Source: Desulfosoma sp.
GTDB taxonomy: Bacteria; Desulfobacterota; Syntrophobacteria; Syntrophobacterales; DSM-9756
DNA: 64,000 bases
Assembly (NCBI GenBank): GCA_037481835.1
Contig: JBBFKW010000016.1
Span: 1-64,000 of the forward strand
Direction: 5' to 3'
Positions 10,585-18,906 of the stretch are shown piece after piece; position 1 is the first letter of the stretch, and each line of letters opens with the position of its first letter. Position numbers and translations under genes: made by a program. Below the pieces are notes generated by a model. The model was not told the DNA's origin. It did not search any database and worked only from the letters and a program-made list of their open reading frames with translations.

Positions 10585-12060
10585 ATGGAACAGGTGATGA
10601 GCAGCATCAGTCTGAGCGCGATTGCTCCGGAGTTGGTTCTGGTCGCTTGCGGATTGATCGTGTTGATGATTCAAGCTGTCGTCGGAAAGAGGTTTCGGGA
10701 ATCCTATGCGTACGTGAGTCTCCTGGGTGTGGCGGCGGCGGCCTTTCTGGTCCTGACCCGCCCCGGGGCCTTCGAGGCCAAGATCGTGGAATATTCCTTC
10801 TGCGACATGTGGGTCGTGGATAATTTTTCCCGTTTCTTCAAGCTCATCTTTCTCATCGGAACGGGTCTGACGGTGCTCGTCTCCATCAAGTATCTAGACA
10901 ATGAAGCCATGCAGCACAGCGAGTACTACGCGTTGATGCTCCTGTGCACCGTGGGGATGATGGTCATGGCGAGCGCCGCCGAATTGATCACCATCTTTCT
11001 CGGCGTCGAGCTCATGTCCATCTCCTTGTACGCCCTCGCCGGATACACGCGGACGCGGATGCTTTCCAACGAGGCGGCCATCAAGTATTTCATTCTCGGC
11101 TCCTTCGCGTCAGGGTTTCTCATTTACGGGATCGCCTTGATTTACGGCACGACGGGAACGTCCCAGATCCCGGCCATTGCCAAGTACCTGGCCCAGGCGG
11201 GCCCAGGGGCCGCCGTGCTCGTCATGGGCATGGCCCTTTTGATCATCGGCTTCGGCTTCAAGACGGCGTCGGTGCCCTTCCACATGTGGGCTCCCGATGT
11301 GTACGAAGGGGCGCCAGCCCCGGTGACGGGTTTTATGTCGGCGGGCCCCAAGGCGGCGGCTTTTGCGGCCTTTGTGCGGATCTTCATGGAGGCGCTGCCG
11401 TCCCTGCAAACCGATTGGGTCATGGTCATTTGGATCATTGCGGCCTTCACCATGACGGCGGGAAACGTCATCGCCCTGGTTCAGGAAAACATCAAGAGAA
11501 TGCTCGCCTACTCGAGCATCGCCCACGCCGGGTACGTGCTCGTCGCTTTCCTGGCTGCAGGAGAACTGGGCCTGACGAGCATCCTCTATTACATGCTGGC
11601 CTATACCTTCATGAACATCGGGGCCTTCGCGGTGATCACCATGCTTGCCGGGGCGGGGGAAACGCGGGTGAAGGTGGACGATTATCGGGGCGTGGGCTAC
11701 AAGCACCCGGTGGCGGCTCTGGCCATGAGCCTCTTTCTGTTTTCCCTGGCGGGCATTCCCCCCACGGGCGGTTTCATGGGCAAATTTTATATTTTCTCGG
11801 CCGCGGTCAAGCAAGGCTACATCTGGCTGGCCATCATCGGCGTCCTGAACAGCGTGGTTTCGGTTTACTATTACCTTCGGGTGACGGTGGCCATGTACAT
11901 GCAGCCGCCTGAAAAGCCGGAAGATGTGCCGGTGGCGTCCGCCTTGTCGCCCGCGCTGATCGTCGCCGTTGTCATTTCCGCTTACGGGGTGTTGTCCTTA
12001 GGCTTGTTCCCGTCGACCTATGTGGCCATGGTCAAAGAGTCCTTCCTGTCCTTCCTCTAG
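10585..12060 (+). CDS. nuoN: NADH-quinone oxidoreductase subunit N
   Basis: EAAIKYFILG, PFHMWAPDVYEGAP and KRMLAYSSIAHAGY motifs. Confidence 0.95.
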   Translation: MEQVMSSISLSAIAPELVLVACGLIVLMIQAVVGKRFRESYAYVSLLGVAAAAFLVLTRPGAFEAKIVEYSFCDMWVVDNFSRFFKLIFLIGTGLTVLVSIKYLDNEAMQHSEYYALMLLCTVGMMVMASAAELITIFLGVELMSISLYALAGYTRTRMLSNEAAIKYFILGSFASGFLIYGIALIYGTTGTSQIPAIAKYLAQAGPGAAVLVMGMALLIIGFGFKTASVPFHMWAPDVYEGAPAPVTGFMSAGPKAAAFAAFVRIFMEALPSLQTDWVMVIWIIAAFTMTAGNVIALVQENIKRMLAYSSIAHAGYVLVAFLAAGELGLTSILYYMLAYTFMNIGAFAVITMLAGAGETRVKVDDYRGVGYKHPVAALAMSLFLFSLAGIPPTGGFMGKFYIFSAAVKQGYIWLAIIGVLNSVVSVYYYLRVTVAMYMQPPEKPEDVPVASALSPALIVAVVISAYGVLSLGLFPSTYVAMVKESFLSFL

Positions 12061-12159
12061 GCTCTCGGCATGGGGGTTTCCCCCTGGGGGATCCCGGGGT
12101 ATACTCCCAGCCGTGGGGCTCAAGAAAAGGGAAAACAGTCGGCGAAGAGAGAGAATGCC

Positions 12160-14832
12160 ATGAGTGCGGTTAAACTGACGATTGATGGGCGGGACGTCGC
12201 CGTTGCGGCGGGAGGGTCCATCCTGGATGCGGCCAAGGCCGCCGGGATCCGGATTCCGACCCTGTGTCATCACGAGCGGTTGAATCCGATTGGGTCGTGC
12301 AATCTGTGCGTGGTGGAGGTGAACGGCAAGAGCGCCCCGGTCCTGGCGTGCAAGACGCCCGCCGAAGACGGCATGGTGGTGACGACCTCCTCGGACATGC
12401 TCCGCAATATGCGCCACAAGGCCATGCAGCGCCTCTTGGTGCACCATCCGCTGGATTGCCCCATTTGCGACAAGGCCGGGGATTGCCGGCTGCAGGACCT
12501 GGTGTTCGAGCTGGGGGTGACGGCGGAATCCTACGAAGCGCCCAAGGAGCGGACGGAGGTCGTTTATGCGACACCGCTCATCAAGTACTGGCGGGATCGC
12601 TGCGTGCTGTGCCAAAGATGCGCGGCGGCGTGCCGGGAAATCAAGGGGCGGGGAGCCATCGATTTCGTGGAAGTGAACGGCTCCTTGGAGATGAAGGTCA
12701 ACCCGGAAAGGTGCGTCTCCTGCGGGGAATGCCTGCAGGTGTGCCCGACGGGGGCGCTGACGGAAAACCTGAGCCCGCTCAAGGCGCGGGTGTTTACGAC
12801 GAGGAAAGTTCCGACGACCTGTACCTACTGCGGGTGCGGCTGCCAGGTGGAGCTGAACGTTTTGGACAACCGGATCGTCGCCGTCAACGGGGCGGACGAT
12901 CCCACGGTGAACGCCTCGAGCCTGTGCGTGAAGGGGCGGTTCGGCTATGAATTCGTTTCCAGCGAAGAGCGGCTCAAAAAGCCGCTCATCCGGCGCGGAG
13001 AGAGTTTCGTGGAGGCGAGCTGGGACGAAGCGCTGGATTACGTGGCGAAGAATTTGAGCCGCATCAAGGCGGAACACGGCCCGGACGCCATCGGCGGGTT
13101 CGCTTCCGCTCGGTGCACCAACGAGGAAAACTATCTCTTCCAGAAATTCATGCGCGCGGTGATCGGCACGAACAATGTGGATCACTGCGCCCGTCTCTGA
13201 CACAGCTCCACGGTGGCAGGTCTTGCCGCCACGTTTGGAAGCGGTGCCATGACGAACCCCTTGAAGGATGTCCTCAATTCCGGGGTCATCCTCCTCACGG
13301 GGACGAATACCACGGCCAATCACCCCATCATCGCCAACTACGTGCACGAGGCGGTGACCAAGCGGGGGGCCAAGCTCATCGTCGCCGATCCGCGGCGGAT
13401 CCCATTGGTGGAGATCGCGACAATGCATCTCCAGTTTGCTGTGGGAACGAACGTCGCGTGGATCAACGGCCTCATGCACGTCATTATCAAGGAGGACCTC
13501 TACAACAAGGCCTACGTGGAGGAGCGGACGGAAGGCTTCGAGGAACTCAAGGAGTGCGTGGCCAAGTACACGCCCAAGTATGTGTCCAAGATCACAGGCC
13601 TCAAGGAAAAGGACATTGTGGCTGCGGCGCGGCTTTTCGCCACCTCGGGCCCGGGATCCATTCTCTACGCCATGGGCATCACGCAGCACACGAGCGGGAC
13701 GAACAACGTGAAATGCCTTGCGGCCCTGTCCATGCTGTGCGGCTACGTGGGCGTGCCCGGTGGAGGCGTGAACCCCTTGCGCGGCCAGAACAACGTGCAG
13801 GGGGCCTGCGATATGGGCGGGCTGCCCAACGTGTATTCGGGCTATCAGGTGGTGACCGCGGAGGAAAACCGCCAGAAGTTTGAAAAGGCCTGGAACGTGC
13901 CCAAGCTCCCCGACAAGGTGGGGATGACGGTCACCGAAATGGGCATGGCCGCGGGCAAATCCATCAAGGCCCTCTACATCATGGGGGAAAACCCGGTCCT
14001 GAGCGATGCGGACATCAACCACGCGGAAAAGGCTCTGGCGTCTCTGGATTTCCTCGTGGTCCAGGATATCTTCCTGACGGAAACGGCCAAGCTGGCTCAC
14101 GTGGTGCTCCCGAGCGCCTGCTTCGCCGAAAAGGATGGAACTTTCACCAACACGGAGCGGAAGGTTCTCCGGGTGCGAAAAGCCTTGGATCCTCCGGGTG
14201 AAGCCAAGGCCGATTGGTGGATCACGGCGGAAATCGCCAAGCGCATGGGCTATCCCATGGATTATGACGGCCCGGAAGCCATCATGCGGGAAATCAACGC
14301 GCTGACTCCGAGCTACGGCGGGATCACCTACGAGCGGCTGGAAAAGGGCGGGTTGGTGTGGCCGTGCCCGACGACGGACCACCCGGGGACGCCCATCCTC
14401 CACGTGGGCCGGTTCACCCGGGGCAAGGGGGCCTTTTTCGCCATCGAGTACCAGCCGCCGGCGGAACCCACGGATGCGGAATACCCCTTCGTGCTCACCA
14501 CGGGTCGAGTCCATTGGCACTACCACACGGGAACCATGACGCGCAAAGGATCGGCCCTCAACCGCCTCTACCCCGAGCCCCTGGCGGAAATCAACGCCCA
14601 GGATGCGAAAAAGCTCAAGGTCGCCGACGGCGAATACGTGCGCATCTCTTCGCGCCGCGGGAGCATCACCATCAAGGCCCTGGTCTCCGACATCACGGCC
14701 CGGGGTGTGGTGTTCGTCCCGTTCCATTTCTACGAAGCCGCCGCCAACAAGCTCACCATCAACGCCCTGGATCCCATCTCCAAGATCCCGGAATACAAGG
14801 TCTGCGCCGTCAAGGTGGAAAAGGCCGCCTAA
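12160..14832 (+). CDS. fdhF: Selenocysteine-containing formate dehydrogenase alpha subunit with NuoG-like FeS N-terminus (890 aa)
   Basis: ORFs 12070-13200 and 13213-14832 are in one frame, joined by TGA at 13198-13200 within DHCARL-U-HSSTVAGL. Also PLRGQNNVQGACDMG, N-terminal 2Fe-2S, HPLDCPICD and 4Fe-4S motifs. No Tat signal. Confidence 0.92.
13211..13230 (+). promoter_or_regulatory. Bacterial SECIS hairpin of fdh
   Basis: CGGTGGCAGGTCTTGCCGCC begins 11 nt after the UGA and resembles the E. coli fdhF SECIS. Confidence 0.85.
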
Positions 14833-15514
14833 GGTTTTTCCCTGATCGGCCCATTCCCGCGATCCCTTGGCAGAGCCCCCCTCGCCCCCGAAGGGGGAAG
14901 GGGGGCTTGGCTGTGGTCCCTTTCCCTGGTGCCACAAGTGGATGAGGGAAATGCCCGGCCGGGGCGTAGTGGACGTCGACAACGCGCCGGACGCCTGCTC
15001 GCTGAAGCCCCGTGAAGAGCAGTTCGGCGCTCTTTGAAGTAAATCCGATGGCAGAGGCGACAACTCTTTCCTGGGACGTCGGGGGGATGGGAGATCCGTA
15101 TCGGCCGAGTCCTCGGGCCCCTGTATCTCGCCGGTCCGATAGGAGATCTTTTCCGCCCACTGGCTGTCGGCGCGCTCAATGAGGTCGTCCATCCCGCGGT
15201 CGAACAGGCCCAACTGGCGCTCCTTGGGCGGGATGAGCAGGCGCTTTTCGGCCGCGCCCGGGTTTCCAGCGAACCGTCTTCCGGGATGTGGAAAATGGCC
15301 AAGGGCTGGGATTGCAGGGCGCGGCAGATGAGGATCATCCGATGGCACACCGTGGGGTCCTTTTTCGGCGCACAAGAGAGCGATCCGATAGGTTTCAGGC
15401 CCTTTAACAGGAGCCGCTCCAGGCCCGCTTGGAAAGCATCCGTTCCGAGCGAGCTTTTCGCAGCTCACAGGCCCGTTTTCGTAGCAGGACGGGTCGTCGG
15501 ATGGCGGTCCAAGC
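14830..15514. repeat. Direct repeat, copy 1 (~680 bp)
   Basis: Matches 21930-22614 at offset 7100, for example CAACTCTTTC at 15061/22161 and GGCGGTCCAAGC ending at 15514/22614. Confidence 0.95.
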
Positions 15515-15711
15515 GCCTTTTGGAGGTAGACGTAGGGAATGCCGGCGCGAGTGAGGACGGGTTTCAGGTTTTCCCGGTTGTATTTCGGATTGAATTTGCT
15601 GCAGGGGCTGGAGCGCACGCCAGCCAGGGCGGTGATCTCGTGCCGGTTCAACAGCTCCAGGAAGGTGTCCACCGGATGGTTAGCATGGCCGATGGTGTAG
15701 AGTTCCTCCAC
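14969..15711 (-). pseudogene. Tandem DUF488-family pseudogenes (frameshifted gene plus 5' fragment of a second)
   Basis: MEELYTIGHANH..VRSSP..NRENL..CAEK, with CHRMILICRAL in a shifted frame. The second fragment AIGFTSKSAELLFTGLQRAGVRRVVDV lies at ~15064-14969. Confidence 0.75.
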
Positions 15712-15872
15712 GCCACCCCCTCATGCCTGTCGAGCCTTCCCCCCACGGCTGCCGCCCGGTTGTCGATGGCGCAAAGCCATCAGGGACCTAGCCCAAAGGG
15801 CCGGGTTTTTTTTAAGGATGCGTCGTTGACACCCCGCGTTCGCCCAATGATTCTTTCGTCAAATGCCTATTC

Positions 15873-16391
15873 TCACGAATGAGAGGACGTTAGCCGCCTT
15901 ACGGGAAATTGGGGAAGCTGGCGATTCCAGGCGGCCAGGTTCAGGACCACGCATCCGGCGACGAATGGTCTCGGCCATTCCTGCCCAAAGGGTCCCATGA
16001 GCGGTAATTGACGTTTCAAGGCGTCCGTGCGGTTCAGCAGTTCGGCGGGGCCGATGCCCTCCACGGCGATCAGGACCAAATAATGGATGGGCTTTTCGGC
16101 TCTAAGAAACCCCCATTCGTAGAGGAAGGTGTCCCGGTACTTGGTTTTCAGATCGGCGTCAATCTGGCCGGCCAAGAATTGATGTAAAAATTTCCGGCGA
16201 TCTTTCGGCCGACTCTCTGGTGCCTCCGGGTCCTTGAATTCAACAAAGAAAATCCGGTCCTTCCACTCAATGATGAAATCGACCGCTTTCATGCAGTGGC
16301 TGAGTCCGTGGGTGTGCTCCGCATCAAATTTTCGAACGGCCGCGCCGTCCGGAACTTTGAGTTCCAGATCTCCTTCCACCACCGCCTTCAT
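15873..16391 (-). CDS. Hypothetical protein, possible PD-(D/E)xK nuclease-like partner of the ATPase
   Basis: 172 aa, ATGA overlap with the ATPase gene, KAVDFIIE...FVEFKD motif. Confidence 0.65.
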   Translation of the reverse strand: MKAVVEGDLELKVPDGAAVRKFDAEHTHGLSHCMKAVDFIIEWKDRIFFVEFKDPEAPESRPKDRRKFLHQFLAGQIDADLKTKYRDTFLYEWGFLRAEKPIHYLVLIAVEGIGPAELLNRTDALKRQLPLMGPFGQEWPRPFVAGCVVLNLAAWNRQLPQFPVRRLTSSHS

Positions 16392-17410
16392 TTTTCCAGA
16401 CCTCCAAGGCTGCGCTTAACCTCCCGGTCGTAAACATCCGCAAAGGCGTCCGCTACCGCATTTGGATGAATGCCGTTGTAGTCGCTGGAGGCATGGCAGG
16501 CAATCTCGCCGGAGACGGAATCTCTGTAGAGCGAGAAGAAACGGATCTGATCGTCCTTTTCCCGGCGTAGATCGATTTCTTTGAGGATGAGGTAATCATG
16601 CGTCGCGAGAAAAACCTGAACGCCGGATCGCTGTAGAGTGAGAAGGATGTCGATCAAAGGGCCGTAAAGCTTCGGATTGAGATTGGTTTCCGGTTCGTCC
16701 CAAAAAAGTGTGGAGCCTTCCAAGAGGGTGCCGTTTTGGATCAAGAGCCAGATCAGGGCCAGCTTGCGCAGTCCCTCCGCCAGCAAAGAAAACTCCAAAT
16801 TGCCCTGTCGGCTCCGAAGGAAGAACTCTTCGTCCTTGATAACCACTCTACCTTCAATGATCTTCTGCAGGTAATCCAGTAACCGGCGTCGCGCAGAGGG
16901 GGTGGGTCCACGGAGGGCCGGTCGGTAGGCCCGATCCAGAATATCGGCGTAGATTTCCTCGAAATGAATTTCGCGTTGGGCATAAAGAGAACGAAATCCG
17001 GGGGCGCTGGAAAGCATTTCCTTAACGGGGATGTAGACGCTCTCTACAGGCGTCGCACGCCACGCACCAGCGCCGGTTACGGTCGCGGAGGCGGCTTTCT
17101 GCGCATGGTTGGTGAACGAGGCGCGCAGTTTCAAGTCCTGCCGAAAAACTTCAACGGCACACCGGGTGCTCGCTTTCTGGCGTTTTACCAGTCGGCCAAG
17201 CGCCCGCCCTGATGGCAGGAAAACGCGGACCAACTTTTCGGGAAAATCGATTTGGCTCTTGGTGATATCGCACGCGGCATAGACCAGCTTGAGGAGGTGT
17301 GTCTTGCCCGTCCCATTGGCACCGACAAATACGTTCAGCCCCGGAGAGAAATGGACTCTGAGGCTTTCAAAAGCCGTAAACCTTTCCAATTTCACTCCGG
17401 CAATGCTCAT
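16388..17410 (-). CDS. ABC-type (AAA_15/AAA_21-like) ATPase
   Basis: Walker A GANGTGKT, signature LAEGLRK, Walker B LFWDEPETNLNP, H-loop ATHD. No TM partner. Confidence 0.85.
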   Translation of the reverse strand: MSIAGVKLERFTAFESLRVHFSPGLNVFVGANGTGKTHLLKLVYAACDITKSQIDFPEKLVRVFLPSGRALGRLVKRQKASTRCAVEVFRQDLKLRASFTNHAQKAASATVTGAGAWRATPVESVYIPVKEMLSSAPGFRSLYAQREIHFEEIYADILDRAYRPALRGPTPSARRRLLDYLQKIIEGRVVIKDEEFFLRSRQGNLEFSLLAEGLRKLALIWLLIQNGTLLEGSTLFWDEPETNLNPKLYGPLIDILLTLQRSGVQVFLATHDYLILKEIDLRREKDDQIRFFSLYRDSVSGEIACHASSDYNGIHPNAVADAFADVYDREVKRSLGGLEK

Positions 17411-17475
17411 GGGTCGTCTCCTTCCCTTCTGCGAAGCAAGTCGTGTCCCTTCTCGTGAGCGGTATTTCGTCGGTT

Positions 17476-18906
17476 TTATTTAAGTCGAGGGATCTTGAGC
17501 TGCTTCCCGATGGCCTTGGTATAACGGACCGGGCTTTCTTTCCTGACAATCGCTTCCTCTTCGACGGCGCGCTTGAGCCAACGACGCAGGGTCACCATCC
17601 GAACGTCGAAGGCCTCTTGAAGCTCTTTTTCCGTTTTTTCTTGATTCAATACCGTCGGCAGCCGGCTCAGAAAGAGATCGTAAAAGGTGAGGTCCTCCTT
17701 GATGTGCCCCGGCCATTGACTCGCCGTTTGGTCTCGGTGCTCGGGCACCAAGTATCTTGCGGGTCTCGTGAGTTTGGTCAAGAGACCTTCGTCCACAGCC
17801 CGGCTTGTCCATGCATCAACCTGCACCTTGGGAAGGTGCCATTTGCCGCACATTTCTTCCACGGTTCGGGGTTCCCGGCAGAAAATAGCAGCTTGGGTCA
17901 GAAACAGCTCGTAGCAAGACAGACCTTCCGTTGGCGGTTCGGTTGACTCCGGCGCCGTCGGTGGAGGGGCTTCTTCAGGTGGCGTCCTTTTCTTGAGGGA
18001 GTCGAACCATTGCCCGAGATCGTCAGGAAGCCACTCAGCTCCTTTGCTGACTATCTTCTCGTGCGCTCCGCCGGGATCGGCGGTTTTCCGCACCCACAAC
18101 GGCACCCATCCGTGCCTCAGATTCTCCAGCGCCCCGTTCCAAGTCCCTCCCTCGTCTCCCGATTGAACCACCACGGCCACCTCGGAAAGGCAGTAAATGT
18201 AGCGATTTCTTTGCATAGCTTGGCCCACGCTAAACCCGACCTCAGGATGGTAGGGCGTGATTAGGGTCAACGTGCCGTCCATGAGATGAGAACGGTACTT
18301 GACGCTGGAAACGGCTTTCAACAAGCCGTTTGCCAGCACCCCCAGGGCCCGGCCGCCCCTGTCAAGAGCCCCCAGCATCGCGGCTTCATCCACACCTCTC
18401 GCACCGCCGGAGACAATGACGAAGCCCCTTTCGGCGGCAGTGCTTCCCACTTTGGCGGCAAAGCCGAGAGCCGCTTCGTCCGCGTCGCGCGACCCCACCA
18501 CCGCCATGCTCCTGCGGTTGAGCAGCTCTTTATTTCCACACCCGAAAAACAAGGGGGGGCAGTCCTGCTTCAACAGCTTCTTCAGGCATGCGGGATAGTC
18601 CGGGTCGGAGCGAGTGAGGATCCACAGCCCGGCCCGGCTCCACTTTTCCAGGGAAAGGGCCAGCGCGGCTCCTCGCCGCAAAAGGTTTTCCAGGCGTTGG
18701 GGCGTGATCTTATTGTCTTCCCAGCCCTCAAGGATCTCCTGGAGATCGTGGTGCAGGAGGTCTTGGGGGGAACGTCCTCTTGCTTTCAGCCAGGCCGCGA
18801 AGCGCCCCCATTCCTTGGGCGTGAGGGGGCTGAACCTGCCAGCCCCCGTGCCGGCCAGGTGGACGGTCAATAGAAGAACGGCTTGGGTGTTCGCCGATAT
18901 TTCCAT
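17476..18906 (-). CDS. DprA/Smf (SLOG) family protein with two C-terminal winged-helix-like repeats
   Basis: AVVGSR, VSGGARGVD, AMQRNRYIY, GGTWNGA. The C-terminus has two similar ~60 aa units. Confidence 0.85.
   Translation of the reverse strand: MEISANTQAVLLLTVHLAGTGAGRFSPLTPKEWGRFAAWLKARGRSPQDLLHHDLQEILEGWEDNKITPQRLENLLRRGAALALSLEKWSRAGLWILTRSDPDYPACLKKLLKQDCPPLFFGCGNKELLNRRSMAVVGSRDADEAALGFAAKVGSTAAERGFVIVSGGARGVDEAAMLGALDRGGRALGVLANGLLKAVSSVKYRSHLMDGTLTLITPYHPEVGFSVGQAMQRNRYIYCLSEVAVVVQSGDEGGTWNGALENLRHGWVPLWVRKTADPGGAHEKIVSKGAEWLPDDLGQWFDSLKKRTPPEEAPPPTAPESTEPPTEGLSCYELFLTQAAIFCREPRTVEEMCGKWHLPKVQVDAWTSRAVDEGLLTKLTRPARYLVPEHRDQTASQWPGHIKEDLTFYDLFLSRLPTVLNQEKTEKELQEAFDVRMVTLRRWLKRAVEEEAIVRKESPVRYTKAIGKQLKIPRLK

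Noticed and set aside
755..10674. Long antisense ORFs over the nuo genes (also over hppA, proA and prs)
   Set aside because: Mirror frames of high-GC3 genes with no recognisable motifs.
13198..13213. fdh as a split gene or pseudogene
   Set aside because: The UGA is at the catalytic Sec position and is followed by a SECIS.
14873..14910. C-run/G-run hairpin after fdh as a CRISPR repeat or mobile element
   Set aside because: It is a single hairpin, repeated only as part of the duplication. No repeat-spacer array or cas genes were seen in the window.
11998..15711. 1237-aa minus-strand ORF
   Set aside because: It is the DUF488 pseudogene start running into the stop-free antisense frame of fdh, a GC-rich shadow ORF.
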